64,000 nt of DNA from the human T2T-CHM13v2.0 reference genome, Homo sapiens (GCF_009914755.1 NC_060935.1); one strand, 5' to 3'; shown: positions 16,985 to 36,438, counted from the first letter of the stretch. Notes: generated from the sequence alone by a model not told the origin. Numbers and translations are program-made.

Positions 16985-19900
16985 TAGGGGGTCATTGGAG
17001 ACAATGAGCATCAAGGAGAAATGGATTAAAGAGGTGAGGGGACTCCTTGCTAGGGCACTTCTTTCTAAGCAAGTTGGAAACAGAGTATACAGCTTTCAAA
17101 CTCTTGACAAGAAGACCAAGCTCAGGGTGCATTGAGGGTTCTTTTCTTCTGAGGTATGGAGGCTAGATTTAACAGTTACTTCGGATTATTAAAATGCATT
17201 GCAGGATCTGCTTATTCAATGATTTGCATTTGTTTTCCCATGATGTTATTATTAGTCACCATCTCTCCCTGAGCCTGAAGAATAATGGCCATCAGGATGA
17301 CAGTGTGAAATGAAGTGCTGGGTAAAACACAGCCCACAGTGCAGGTCACTGCTGTGGCCCTTAGAAATGGAGGGTGATATGAAAGTGCTTCCTTGGGACA
17401 CAGGGTCCTTCTATGACTCTGACCTTTCCCTGCATTGAGCAGCACCACAGGACATGGGAAAATCCACTAAGCCAAGAGAAGCTAGAAATAAATGTGCTAT
17501 CTATAGACCAGACAGGGTAGGGGGGTGAGCTGCAGAAGGTGAGCCACTCCTGGGGGCACCGCCATAGCCCATCTCAGCCATCCACAGCCAGGGCTCAACA
17601 GAGACTGCCTCTCTCCTGCCCCCACCCTCAGGCTTCATCGCAGCCAAGTCTGACATGGTTCAGGCCAACAGGGAGGTTTTCAGGGCTCTAATAGCCTGTG
17701 TCTTTATCACTTATTGCCAGTCAGGTGGCCATCAGAGAAGAGTAGGGTTTTGGGCATCACTCTGGCTTGGTTTAGTATCATGAGCTTGTATTGATGTCTG
17801 TTCTCTACCAAGTCCTCGGGGTAGAAAAATGAATCAAACATGGCCTCTGTCCTAAGAGAGCTTAGAGTCTAGCGCAAGAGACAGACATTGGCAGTTAATG
17901 TCCATGTAACATGAAGTGCTGCAAAAATGTTGCTCATGGAGGGTGTGAGAGCACAGAGGAGGGGTTACCTAAATCAGCCAGGAGAACCTTAGGGAGAGCT
18001 TCCTGGAAGAGGAGACCCAGAGCTGAGGCCTGGAGGATTACACTTGCCAGGCCAGGAATGAGGTGAGGGTGTCTAGGAAAAGGAAATATTGGTGCAGACT
18101 CAAGGTGGGTAGTAAAGTGAGGGATGCAAGGAGACTTTGCTGCAGAAGACCTTGCTGGAGAACTAGGTCAAGGTCTGTTGTTTAAAGGAAAACTCTCTCC
18201 AAAAACTCTAATATGTGGTCTTATTTCCAATACTTAAATATTTGAAATACACTTTCCCCCACTCCTCCCATACCTTCTCATCGTCTTCTGCGACTTCCTC
18301 CTCCATCCATCAAGCCTGTTGCCATTCTAGCCTCTCTCTTTTCCTCTGACCTCCTGCCTCTGAGCTCCCTCTTTTCCTCCATTTCTCACTCACAGAGAGA
18401 GAGGCAGGGCAGTGGTGCCAGGGTGGAGGCAGCATGCGTGGGGTTTCTGAGACACAGAGAAGCCGAGCCTGTCTGAGTAGAGGGTGTTCCTGTCTCAGGG
18501 CTCTCCTTGGCAATGGCAGAATTTGCAAGCCTTTTAGCTTCATCCAATTATATTGCCTCCTCAAGGCATTGCCTCCTGAGTGACATCAGGTAGCCAGGGA
18601 TATAGAATGCAAGGTAACTTAGGAAGAAAAGCCAGCTGGCACCGATCGGCCTCTGAGTGCAAGGCTTTTACTTTATTCGCTGTGAGCTTTCAGGACAGAT
18701 CAGAGTCTCCATGGCCTGATCTCACTCCTCCTCTCACCCTCCATGCACCCTGTCACTTAAATGACTGTCACTGCACCTCTCCACCTCCTCCCTTCCAGGT
18801 GCCGAGAGTGAGGCATCTCTTCTCCTCCCGTGGCCGCTCTTCCTGTGCCACCTCTTTGTTGCCTTCCCTGGAATCTTGGCCCTCTGTCATCTCCTCTCCC
18901 TTCTGTGTCTTTCTACAGGGTCCTTCTCTTCAACTCATAAACATTCTCATTCTCAAACAAGCCTTGCCCCCAATTCCCTACTAGCTTCAATCCAATCTCT
19001 CTCCTCCCCTTTCTGGTCAGACTCCTTAAGAGCATCATCTCTGCTTCTGAATCTCCTGTTTGTTACTTTATTTGCTATTTGCTTCTGCAACCCAAATTCT
19101 GGCCTCATCTTCCTACTTAAATTCTCTTAGTAAGATTGCTGATGTTTTTGTTTTACAAAACGAATGGGTGTTTTGCAGGGTTTATCTCTTGGGCCTCTTT
19201 GCCATGTGTGTATGGGATACAAGGCCCTTCATGATCCAGGCCCTCCCCACCTGTGCATTTTCATCTCCCACCACTCCCAAGCCACACTCTATGCCCCAGC
19301 AGCACTAAATTGCTGTAATTATTCATATTTATCAGGATATTTTTCCCTTATCTACCTGGGGCTTTGCTGGGGCTGAGCCCTTTACTTTGAATTCCCTTGT
19401 CTTCACTCCCACTCCTTCTTGACTAGCCAACCCCTCCTCCTCCTTTGAGACCAGGTGTGGGCATTGTCTTCTGCAGGCAGCCCTGATCTTGTGCCCAGGC
19501 TGAGGCTGGTGCCTGTGCATCTGTTTACCTCTATCTTTGCTTTTATCACATGATATTGTTATCTGTCTGTGTACTTGCCTCTGCCACGTGCCTGGGAACT
19601 CCTAGGGAAAGGCCGTATGTGCTTTATTCCAGCCTTTAGCACAGTGCCTGGCACTCAGTGGTGCCAAATCAATGTCTACTGGATGAATGTATGAATTCTG
19701 CCTCAACAAATACTCACAGAAGAGCAGATAGTTGAGTTTTGAAGGGTGAACATTGCCCCAGGACAAAGGTGGGGTCAAGGGCATCCCTGTTGTCTTAGGT
19801 CAGGTTCCCTAGAGCCTGGGAAAGTGAGGATAGCACCAGGGCAAGAGATCTCAGCAGGGCTGTGGTCCAAGGTGCAGACCAGCTTTAGCCTGGGCTACTG

Positions 19901-21415
19901 GGAGCCCTGGCACTTGACTCCCAGTGTCAGCCAGTCATTGGCCAAGGACTACCCTTGAATTAGGGGGTCAGAATCTTCTGGGCAAAGTGGTTCCCATGGG
20001 GCCAAGGCCAGCTGTGAGTTATCATTAGCCCATAGACGCAGGGCCTGGGGTTAGGGGCCCTGGGTGGAGCATGGAAAGCATCCTTCACACTCACGGCACA
20101 GGAAATGGCAGGGTGGAATGTCACAGCTTGGTTCATTTAGGGAACTGCAAACTGTTCGGTGTTGCTGGTGTGCAGGAAGCCAATGGGGTGGATCTGAGAG
20201 GCAGGGCCAGCTCCTAGAGAGCCCAGGGTGATGTGCTAAGCATATCAGACACTTTACTCAAGCCCTGGAGAGGGCTTTCAGTATTGGATTAACTGCTTTC
20301 AATTGCATTAAGATTATTGGCGTGGCGGTAGTGACTGAATGGAGGGACAATCCTGGGGCCAGGGGGACAAGTTAGGAGAGTACACTACAGTCAAGGTGAA
20401 AGGTGATAAGAGTCTGAACCAAGGGAGGAGCAGTGGCGTGGAAAGGGTTGTCAGCTAAGAGAGAGAGGAAGGAGGTTGGGGGAAGGGATTTCTGGTCAGA
20501 GAACAATCTTAAAACACCTACTTCTCCCACAAGGCAAACCACCTCACCTGTGAGCCGTTGCTGCAGTGAGCAAGCTGGCTGTCTCTATCTTCCATCATGC
20601 ACTAACCCAGCCACAGGCTATAGGATTTGGCTCCTCTGAATCAAAATAGTTCAAGGGCAGTGCAGTCCTGGAGTTTACTGTTAAGGGATTTCCCTCTTGT
20701 CTGAATTTAAAAATATGTGGGAGGAAACATATGTCAAGTGCCCCCTCCATGGGAGACATCGTGCTGGGTGCCTGGGGGGTAATGAGGGGAAGGTGGGCAT
20801 AAAGATCAATAAAATGTGGTTCCTGCCCTCAAGTTGCCCATAATCTTGTAGGTGAGATGGAAGAGCGTACACCCAGCCGTAACATAAGGCAGACTGTGAT
20901 GTGTGCTGCAATACAGTGTATGCAGGCTTGATCCTGGCCAGCGGTAGAGAGGAATACAAGAGAAGTATAAATAACCTGCCCTGGTTACCCAGACAAGGGA
21001 GTAATTAATTCTGACTACGGGCTCAGAAAATCTTGACTTACAGAAGAGGTGACATTGGAGCAGGGTCTGGAGGATGAGAGGGATGTTGATGGGTGGAGAG
21101 TGGCATTTCAGACAGAGGGAACAGCAAAGTGAAGCCATCCTTCAAGAAAAAAGAAATCTCGAAGGAATTAGTACACTGGGGCTTGCCTAAAATAAATTCC
21201 ATGGTAGAGCTAGAAATAGAAACACAAGAGTTCTATGTTTTGGTAGTTCAGTCTAAACTTTAATTGAATTCTTATTACCTTTACATTACCTTGGAGAAAA
21301 CAATTTGAACTCCTGGGGGAAATAATGCTATGTAAACAGAAGGCACTGAAATAAATAGGTATATTAGTGTACCAAGGATAGTCATTTGCGTCTGTTCAAA
21401 TCTTAATCATAATAG

Positions 21416-22174
<759 letters not shown>

Positions 22175-25100
22175 TGATTGCTCTGGGAAGGCCAGTCTTC
22201 CAACTCCCTAGAAGTCAGAGCAAATTGAGTAGCAATTTAAGGATATGCACTTTGGAACTGAGTTTGTTATCTGAATGAAGCATGACATGTAACCTCTTGG
22301 AGCCTCCATGTCCTTATTGGTAAAATGGAGTTAATATCACTTATTTCATGGGTTACCCTGAGGATGAAATAAGATCATGCATATAAATCACAGAGTATCA
22401 CACATGGCACTTGGACGCACAAAGTTCACAATAGAATGCTAACGAGATTAATGAAAGAAGGATTAGTTACTAAGTTCAAGCACCTCATGGGCCCATCCTT
22501 GTGTTAATAATCCGCATGCTTTGTCTAAGCATGTTATTCTATTTGATTCATATATGTCATGTTTCAGTCTTTGTGTTTATGAAACAGAGCAGAATATTAA
22601 GAGTACATTAGAGAAGGAACTAGAGCCCCTGGATTCTAGCCTTTACTCTGTCTTTAAGGATCTGTGTGACCTTGGGGCAATTCACTTTTCCTCCCTGGTT
22701 CTCAGTTTCCCCTTCCATAAAGCAGTGGTAATGCTGCCTTTACTGTTCATGCCTCAGAAACGTAAAGGGGATCCAATTAGGTAATTGAAAGCCAGGCACA
22801 CTCTGTGCATGCTAAGCGGTACTGTTATATTAATGGCTTGCTCTGAGCCAAGACCCCATGCTAAACGTTTTATCAATATACCTCATTTATTCTTCTCAAT
22901 GACCCAATTAGTCAAGGAGCAACTGAGACTCAGAGGAATGAAGTAACTGCCTAAGGTCATATAATCTGAGTGGCAAAGTCAGGACTTGAGCTTCTAACCC
23001 AAAGCCCAGGCTCCCAACCCATATACTATACTGCTGGACTATGTAGTGGGGTAATTTACCTGCCTTTAGCACATAAGAATAGGAAAAACTTGTGGGGGTG
23101 GGGGGGAAACACTGTTGGTCTTTAGCTAACCTGCTTTGATCTATTTTCCTGTCTCAATCTCATTAACCATAGCATATTTCTTTAAAAAGCATATTCCTTT
23201 TAGAAGGTCTGTAGCTCTTTTAAAACTACAAATTGATCCTGAATGCATAGAGCTCTAACTAAGCGATGCAGCAGGGTCCCCAGAGAATCAACTCCCATTT
23301 TCATCTGGAAAAGGAGATTCAGATGAAAAACCAGAAACAGCATTGTGGTTCAACACTCACACAGTCAGTTTACATTCCACACAACTGGATTCACGTAGAT
23401 TGTAAGGGAAGGGTGGGAGGAAGATGAAGGCGGGGAACAGATGCCATCCCATTTCATCCAGGCTCAGTCCCTGAGTGGGTGAGGCCAGGCAGGGTGGGAA
23501 ATGGTGCCAGTAGGGATGACGGTCCTGACAAACCGGCCTCTAATGACTTCAATAAAATAAATATGCCTATAAAAAAGCTCGGGTCTGGATAAATCCCCAG
23601 GGCTACTCTGGATTCATTGGGGGTCATTCCAGTAGGACCAGAGAGCTTGTCTTCCTCTAAATCAGAAAACCCAGCTTTGGACGCAAAGGCCTAAACGTGG
23701 TGCAGAATGGGGAAGCTGTTTTGGAAGGGAAAGCTCTGCTGTTTCCCCTTGAGACATGTTGTGGAGACTTCCCTCTTCACCTGCAGCCATGCTGTGCTGG
23801 GTGTACTGCTCCCAGGGTGGCTGGGGTGGGGACAGGCATGCCAAAAACCAATGCTTCCAACTGCAACAAACAGGGAAATGCACACAGGGGGCTAATGCCA
23901 GGAACTCTCACCTCAATTGATGGGTCTTAATTTTTGTCACTCATGGGAAGGAAAAGAAATTGAGTCAGCAAGGCCTCACAACCTTACCCCCAAGGAATAA
24001 GGGCCCCCACTACAAAGCTTGGCTAGGGATAAAGAGTAAGAAGGTGATTTTTCTTGTCTTTCTCTCCCTTCTACCAGGAACCCTTTCCTCTCCCCTCCCA
24101 AATTTCTGTCCAAACATTGGTTGCCTCCTCTCTACCCTGGCTCACCAGTAATGGGAGCTCTACTCATGGCACCCAGAGCCGAGTCTGCCCTGCCTCATCC
24201 TCAGTCTCAGGTCCTATCCCTTGACTTCTACCAGCTTCCCACCAGCACGTTCCAGGCCAATACGCCAGGGCCAACAGGTAACTTAGAATCGTTCCCATCA
24301 CAAAGAGACTTAGACCTTCCCTACCGTGGCATTTCAGGATAGGGGCAAAGATCCAAAAGTTAGAGCACCTGAGGAGATGGTGGTAATGAATGGCAAAAAG
24401 GAAAACTAAAATAGGAGAAAAAATATATGTTTTAAAGATGGTATGGGGGTCAGGCTGGGGGAGAGGGTGTGGTTGGAGGCAGCTTCCTTTTACATTTTGA
24501 ATCTCAGAAGCAGAGAAAAGCTTCAGGAGACTGAGTCCTAACTCAGCCATTCGACCTGAGAATAGGGTTGTTTGTAACTGTATCTGATGTGATTCCCCAT
24601 CATGTGAGGGCAGGCCCCATCTCTCTCCACCTCTCATTCTACCAAAAATTAATCCAATCTAGCAATTGCTTGATAGGAGAAATGGTGCTTTAGGAGCAAA
24701 GGGGTTAACCTAGAACTGCCCATCAAATTTGTGCTTTATTGGTAACAAGGTAGAATGCTGGTGTTTTTCAATGATCTGACTGTTTCTATCAATGGAATAA
24801 TTTATTACTCAATTACCTTATTTGTAAACTCGTTGGAAAATCTTGTAACCTAAGTTGAACAAATAGGCTTACAGGGAGTAGGGAAGTTAAATTGTCTTAA
24901 TTACTAGCCTCTCCTTAAAATTCATTGAGCTGAGTCTATCATTCTTTCAGTCCCTTAATCGGGGACTGTAATTAGATGGTATTAGATGGTGAGAGGAGAA
25001 AGAGAAGGAAATAAAAAAGGAATAAATGACAGTTCCTTAGCTCTCACTATGTGCCAGGTTCTAAGTGGGATCTGGGGACTCATGCATTTACTTCTCATGG

Positions 25101-26049
25101 CAACCCTGCCAGGTAGGTACTACTCATAGTCCCATTTTTTAGAGGAAGAAACTGAAGCTCAGAGAAATGAAGTCACTTTCCCCAGGAAGGTGGCCTGGGT
25201 AAGTTGGAAAGTGGCTCCTAAGACAGTGCTCTCCCTTCTGTGCAATGCTGCCTCTCTGAGCCTGGTCAACCAGTGCCTAACATGTGGTCAAAGTTGGTTG
25301 TCATCGTCATTTTCCCTTTTATTGGAGGCAGCTGCTGCTACTTCAGAGTGCTGGGTCCAAAGTCTGGTAACTAGGATTTGTCTTACATATTTCTCCATAC
25401 ATCTAATAAATTCCTGTTGAATAATTGTTTTAAAAAATCCTTCTGTGACTACAACTATTACTACTGTGAATTGCAGAAGTTATTATAGAAGTACCAGGCA
25501 CTATATCAGGAGCTTTACGAATTATATCTCATTTTATTTTGATAACTACTTGATGAGGGAGATATTATGATCCCAATTTTATAGATGAGAAAACAGAGGT
25601 TTAGAGAGAGTAAGTAACCTGTCCATAGTGACACTGCTTAATGGCAGAGCGAGGCCTCAAATCCAGGTTGGTCTGATTCCAAAGCCCCTGTCCATTCTGT
25701 TGAGCTGAATTGCTTTTTAGGGGCTCCATTCATCCTGTCTACCAAGGCACAGATGCTGGGTATGGCAAGAGACAGATTCTTGACCACGGTACAAATCCAG
25801 GTGCAGAGCCCAGGTCATCACGCCACAGCTCTCAGTACATCATTTGGTGGGGAGCGAGAAGCAGCGGATCAGTTCTAGGAATCTGAAAGTTTGTTTTCCA
25901 AGAATCAGGTGTTTCTTAGCCATCTGTCATGTTCTCAGCACTGTTTTGGGTGGCATGGAAGAATCAGAGTGTGAAACGTGGTGTTTATCATCTAGTTGGA
26001 GAAATAGACCCATGTGAAATACTTAAAGAACAAACATCTCTAAATTGGT

Positions 26050-27850
<1,801 letters not shown>

Positions 27851-28877
27851 TAGGGTATAGGGTAGAAGTTCCCACATAATGGTAGCTGTGCTTTTAGTAT
27901 ACGTTGATTGAGATAATAGCTTCTACGAAACTTTTTAAGCAAACCTATCTTTAATGATTGACTAATACTGAACACTTACATGCCAACCACTGTTCTGAGC
28001 ACACAGACTCACTTAATCCTTTGCAATCAGCCATGAAGTGAATGCTATTGGTATCTGTATTTATAGATAAGAAAGCTGAAGCTCAGAGAGCCCGAGTGAC
28101 GCTCTGGGTCTCTTATAGCTGGTTCCAGAGCCCACACCCTTCACCAGGACCCTACCTGCCTTCTATAGAAGCATCTAGATGCATTTGAAAAATGGCAGAA
28201 CATAATTGACGTGAATCAGTTTGCACAGACATGTGCACGTGCACACACCCATGCATGCCAGCACGTGTACTCATGCACACAAACACACACGGTGTACATT
28301 TGCCTTCTCAGAGATCATGGGGCTGAGGCATCTACTGATGATAAGCTGCTGGCTTAGAAAAACGTTCTGTAGAAGCTCTGGGGTGTAGAGGAGCTGACAT
28401 TGGTCGAAGAGGGAGAACTACATGGGTAAGGTGGGACTCCCACTGGCACTTGAAGAACCAGGAATTTGGATAGGCTGAGAGGATGAAGAAGGGCATGAAT
28501 AAGAAAGATCAATGTGAATGAAGACCTAGAGGCAGGAGGAGTGTGGGTGCCCTGGGAGGTTATCAGGTGACATGTCTAACTGGAGATTCAGATGGGCGGT
28601 GGGTTCAGGTGGCAGGCCATAGAGGATCTCAATGGCCAGGCTGAGGTGAGGACGACCATGATGTGAGAAGCTCCAGCCACCTCCGTCTGCATGTTGGCCC
28701 TTTATTTAAGCAGGAACGAATCAGACCCAGGCTTTCTGTGAGCAAAGAGGGCAGTAATGAAGAAAGGCGGCAGACCTCCTGGCTCCTGCCTCTCCCCGTG
28801 CCTTTCATCTCCCTGAGTAGGTGAGCAATGGCCATGAGAAAACCCTCCTCGGTGCCTTGTGATCGTGCGAGTCTTGA

Positions 28878-29195
<318 letters not shown>

Positions 29196-29799
29196 TGAAG
29201 AGCGTCGTGTTCATGGCAGGGGAATGGGATGGGGGGTAGAGAGGCTAAGCACACTGTTCAGGTGATGCTCTTGGGCACTGAGTGTCAGATTTGGAAAAAC
29301 ACCTGAGTGTCTCCTTCCTCCCTCCTCCACAGTGGCAAGGTCTCCAGCACTCTGCCTCCCCTACTCACTCACATTTGTGTGTCTGTGTCGTGCCTTTCTC
29401 TGATTTTCTGTCCTGTGAATCTCAGTTTGAAAGCTTCAGATAGAGCTATAGTTTGGATACACGGTGGCTGTGAATCTGATATTTGTAGCTGTCTTAGCTA
29501 AGGACATTTGTAACTGGAAAATATGGAGCTGGAGGCTGAGTGGGGCGGACTTCCCTCTTCTGTCTGTTGAGGCTCCGTGAGGGTAGCTGTGGCTGCCATC
29601 TCCACGTGTGCCATTTGTCACTGTGGTATCATCCCTGGAGTTTGGTCTGGACTGCTAATGTGGTGCCCCCACATCCCACCCTCTGCGGCGCCCTCTACAG
29701 GAGTTTAAACATAGAGTTCATGAAGATGCCCTTCGTAGATGTTTCTCAATAAAGCATATTAGTTCACGAAATCATTTCACTTTTTGGACTTTGTAATCT

Positions 29800-29841
29800 T
29801 TCCATAATACTAAGCTAGAATTCCATAATACTAAGCTAGAA
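29800..29841. repeat. Perfect 21-bp tandem duplication
   Basis: TTCCATAATACTAAGCTAGAA twice in a row. Confidence 0.95.
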
Positions 29842-32170
29842 AAGCTCTTGCCTAGACAAGGTATTTAGTTCATGGTTCGACCTCAAGCCCATTCTCTGTT
29901 TAAATGATATCAAAACCATATGTTGGCAAGTTAGATGGTTAACAACTACAGATAATTGAGTATCTGCTGTTTGCAAAGCACTGTGCTGGTGGTATTGTGG
30001 GGGATGAGAAAGCACGTCCTCTGCCTTGAGGATCTTAAAAATCTATTCAGAAGAGAGAAACAATGTACTTTAAAGAACAAGAGATCAGTTACAAAATAAC
30101 CTATCAGCAAGTGAAAAATAATACCCTACAGAACTAATCAATTTTAAGTGAAAAAGAATAGTAGCTTTAAAATAAATCTAATTGAAATGTCTGAATTGGA
30201 AATCAGCTAGGCGAAAAATAAATAATATCTCCTTTTTGTAAAGATACATTGACTCATTCAAGTTGCCCTAACTTCGGGGATAAATAAAAGAAATGTGGAC
30301 ATTACCCTCAATTTCACTTTCAGTGGAGAATTTATTTAAATGCTATATTAGAAAGACAGGGAGGAAGTAAGGTAAAATAGTGAAACTAATCAAAGGAGAC
30401 TTTTTGGGAAAGGGGGTGTTGAAATGAGCTCTTAGAAATGTTATTTGAAAGGAAAAGGCAGAACATGTGGAAAAAATTAATGAATTCTGTTTTCTCACAA
30501 TTGAGGAGAAGATATAACCAGGCTCAAAACTCAAAAAGCACTCTCTAAACTGTGTTCCCCAGCCCGGAGACTTACCAAAACCTATCCATTTCTCAACTGT
30601 GCCATGCACCCTCGGCAGGCATCCTGAGTGTCAGTGTGGCATAATTCAATGAAACCTGGGTTCCATCCTAGCGGTACCACTGCTGGAGGTGTGACACTGA
30701 GCAAACGCTGTCATTTCTCTGAGCATCTGTTTCCCTGTGAATGAGATGTGACTAATGATACCAACACAGTAGGGCTGTTGCATAAATAATCTATGCTGGG
30801 TTCCTAGCCTAGTGCCTGGCATCGAGTCCTTCAATAATTGGTAGCTGCTATTGTTATTGTTGTTTTGTTATTCTCTTGAGAAACATTTTGTAAACGAAAA
30901 ATCCAGCCGTGTTAATGAAAGGATGCAAAGAAAAGCCCTTGGAACTCTCAGGAAAAGCATGGTCAGCTCTTGGCTGCTATTAGTACTACAGTGCAAACAT
31001 TATGAGCAGTTTTTCATCAGAACCTCAGTGGATTTTGACAACAGCTTACATCCGGGAAGCAGCAAACTCAGAGAACAAAGAATCCACATCTACTTGCCAC
31101 CATTCCAAAGTGCCTGGGGACTTGTTCATAGAACAAATTTCTTCGGAAATGAATAGAGAATACGCCTGGCTATTAGCATGTAGAGTGATCACCCAGCTGT
31201 CATTGTCATGTATGATTCAAGTAAAGAAAGCAGCGTTGGGCCAGCCATTTTACCGTGATGCTAGTTTCAGGATCAGATTCTCTTGTGGATGAGTTATTTA
31301 CCCTTTATCGTATCCACATACATCAAGTTATTTTTCTCTTTTCACCACTGTAATGTCTGACTTCTTATCAGAGAGAGGCCAAACCATCCACTCAGTTATT
31401 CTATAAATCTGATAAGAGAAATGAAGTCAATTTGTGAGGCTGTTGGCACCCAGAATATGTTACATAAGTCTGGAAGGAGAGTAGACTTAGTTCCAGGAAT
31501 GACTTCACTTTGAAGATGAAAGAATCAGCAATAGCATCTTGAAGTGCACTGCAATCAGGAAACTTGTTCTGGAAGATCTCCTCCTCTATCTATTTACCCT
31601 TGAATCTGAGTCATATCTGTAGTTGATATCCAGGGTTTTGATGTCTCTAGTTAAAGCAGAAAACTGACCAGACAGAAGCATAGGCCTTTTTGTGCTATTG
31701 AAAGATCTTTTCTGGATAACGCTATTTTGGTAAGTCGATAATGCATTGAGTGCCCACATCTCTATGACACAGTCTATTTATTGGTACCACATCCCACTTG
31801 GACAATCATGACCAATTTCCAACAGTTTCCTGGAATTCTTAGTCTAGAGCAAGTGCAACATCAAGAATGCAAACCCTACCAAGCAGAGTCGTGCCTGCAG
31901 ATTGCTGCCTGTTTTGGGAAAAAGTAGAAAATAACATTCTAGTTGTGGGACTCCTGGGAAAGAAATGAAAAGAAAAGAATAGCTGCCTCCAGTTGAGGAT
32001 ACGCTATGTTGTAGGTATTTTATATAATGTTGTATAATTTCTTCACCATCTGAAAGAGGATGAGCCATTCTACTCCTGTAATAGCAGCTTCTATTTCTTG
32101 AGTGCCTATCCTATGCCGGAAGTGTGTTTTATACATCTTATTTAATTTAATCCTCACAACTGCCCTGTAA

Positions 32171-32810
<640 letters not shown>

Positions 32811-33339
32811 ACAAGATATTATTAATATCTCCAATTTAGAAATGAGCAAAGTGACACTGGGGAGGTGAGTAACGCTACTCAAGATGGCACAGGTGGGGAT
32901 ACAGGACTAGATTGAAACCCAGGTGGTCTGATCCCAAAACGTTCCTTTCATGGACCCCAGGTGTTCTTTGGATCTTTCACATTCAGGACACGTGGGAATG
33001 AAGGTACTTCCATCAGAAGTAAATTGGAAGCAGACTAGACACAAGGAAGGGTGAGGATTGTGAAATGTGAAATGGTTAATCAGAAGTGTTGGTCATTGCT
33101 TTCTTACGACTGTTTAAGATTTGAAGGGCCAATTTATCATTCTTGAGTGAATTTTAATTTCATCTTTGAAGCAGAGTCTGTACTTGTTAGAAGTGTGATT
33201 CCTTGATGAATATTTTCTACCAAATATTCTTCCTCTTTACCTAGTTCCTCTAACAGCTGCACATTCAGGTTGACTGTGATTAGTTCTACAATCCAGCCAC
33301 AAAGATTTCAGAGTTCTTGATTAAAATCAATCAAGTTAT

Positions 33340-33640
33340 GGCCGGGGTGGTGGCTCATACCCGTAATCCAAGCAGTTTGGGAGGCTGAGGCAGGAGGATC
33401 ACTCGAGCCTAGCAGTTCAAGAACATAGTGAGACTCCGTCTCTACAAAAAATACAAAAATTAGCTGGGTGTGGTGGCGTGTGCTTATAGTTCCAGCTACT
33501 AGGGAGGCTGAGATAGGAGAATCGCTTGAGTCCAGGCGTTCCGGGTTACTTACAGTGATCTGCGATTGCACTACTGCACTCCAGCCTCGGCAACAGAATG
33601 AGACCCTGTCTCTAAAAATAAATTAATAAGTAAGTAAATA
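33340..33640 (+). mobile_element. AluJ-like SINE with a small internal deletion
   Basis: ggccggggtggtggctca...gagaccctgtctctaaaaataaa; 'ttcaagaacatagtgag' lacks the consensus ccagcctgggc. Confidence 0.88.
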
Positions 33641-33703
33641 AATGCGTGTCAAAACTGCGTATTGTTTGGCGTCTGAGTTGCATGGAACTGATGGAGCATT
33701 TGA

Positions 33704-34336
<633 letters not shown>

Positions 34337-35909
34337 TAGATTGTTGCTTCATGGTGTTCCACACACAGTGACCAGGTTTTAAAGAATCAAAGTATGAAGA
34401 TGTTTTAAGCCTGAGAATGGACACCATTTGGTTCTTGGCTGATGATTCCAAAGGCAGGAGACTTGCAGGGTCTCAGAACCAGGCAATGGCATGGGCGCTA
34501 ATAGAGCTTCAGGTGATAAATTGTTAGATAAATCAGTTTTTACCCTGATTGCTTTCCAAAAAGCATCTCATTTGTTTTTAACAGCCCTTAAGATTATTCT
34601 TGGCTCTGCCCTCTTGTAGTAAGACCCACCCTTCATCTTTGCCATCCTTTCTATAAGCTAAGGGAAAGCAAGCACTTGCCTAAAAAACACCAATCTGAGT
34701 AAAAACCTGACTCACACCCCCATTATCCGAGGGCCCCGTGATGACATGCTGAGGGGCAGGAAATGGGAGGCTGCTCTTGGTGGATTTCTCTTAGGTTGGC
34801 TCCTCCTTAGGCCCATTGCCTGGTTTCTTGTTTATCTTACACCTGTGTGTAAATAAATGTAAACCCCCCACCCATCCTCACAACAAATATGGCTCTCCGA
34901 CTTGAATTCCTCCCACCCCTTCCATTTAAGAAGAGCATCTGCTCAGATGCACTGTTGACGGTGACCCAGCCTCTCAGCTAGAGCAGGCTGCTGTGGCAGG
35001 TCACTCGGAAGGATGGAGCCAGGCCCTGGCACTGTGAGCACAGAGAGGCAGGGACCCGGAGACAGCCACATTAACAATTTTTGGAATTGAGTGTTATTGT
35101 GTGTATCTGTTTTCCACCTGCTCAGATAATCAGGCCTTGAGTGTATCTTTAATTGAAGAGTCATCAAATAGCGTATCCAGCATCAGGCAAAAGAGCAGCA
35201 GTATTTTGTGAGCTTAAAATGAAGAATCTGAAATTTAATACCGGTTTTAACTTCAATGAAAGGTGCCACTGTTTTTAACATTCTCATTCCTTTCACAAAT
35301 TGGCCCACATCAACACGACAGCCTTGGTCCAGAATCCAGGAGCTAGAAAACAAAAATGACCACCCAAGAGAGCAAAACTGACATTGTGGTTGAACAAAAT
35401 ACCCCAAGCTAGTCAAAACAGTAGAGACTCATTTTTGAAAAAGGTGCCTACTTTTTCATTTATTTTAAGGTATAAAAGCTACTAATAGCCTGGGGAGAAT
35501 AGTTTTATTTTGTAAGTACAGGAAAAGCAAGTTATATTCTGTCCCAAGGGCTAAGGAAAGAAAATGTTAGAAAGCAGAAAAATGACAAATGCAGAAAATA
35601 ATGTGTGTATAGGTCCTCTGGGGGGACCTCCAGTTTGAACATTATAAGCAAGAAAACGATAAATATGGCAATGATGCCCAGATCCATATTAACTGTGTTA
35701 GACTCTCCTTGGCACAGGATTGGGATTTCATTTTCAGTCATTGGTTTATGCTGGGGAAAGTTTTAGACACAAATCCAGCCATTCATTGTGGGTTATACTT
35801 TTCTAAGGTTTCCTTATCTCTCACCTCCTCTCCCCTACTTCTGCTCCATAGTTTGCTTCCTTTGGGGCAACTACACAGTAAGATGAGTGAATGCCTTTAA
35901 ACTCTAGGG

Positions 35910-36111
35910 CAGGGGCCAGCAAATCTGCTTGCTGCCTGTTTGTGTAAATAAAGCTTTGCTGGAACACAGCCACACTCATTTAGTTGTATATTGTCTATGC
36001 CTGCTGTCATGCTGCAGGGACAGAATGGAGTCGTTGAGACAGAGATCACAGGGCCTGCGACACCCAAAATATTTTCCCTGGCCCTTTCCTGAACAAGTTT
36101 GCCAACACCTA
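35910..36111 (+). mobile_element. MER58A-like hAT-Charlie MITE
   Basis: CAGGGGCCAGCAAA...TTTGCCAACACCTA terminal inverted repeats, internal 'gtaaataaagctttgctggaacacagccac', 8-bp flanks ctctaggg / ctctaagc. Confidence 0.85.
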
Positions 36112-36150
36112 CTCTAAGCGTAATTATTTTCTTTTTTCCTCCTCCAATAG

Positions 36151-36438
<288 letters not shown>

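Noticed and set aside
23100-24900. Repeat-poor intronic stretches as possible enhancers (also ~10900-11950 and ~30900-31900)
   Set aside because: No motif cluster or conservation can be established from this sequence alone; would need phastCons or ATAC data.
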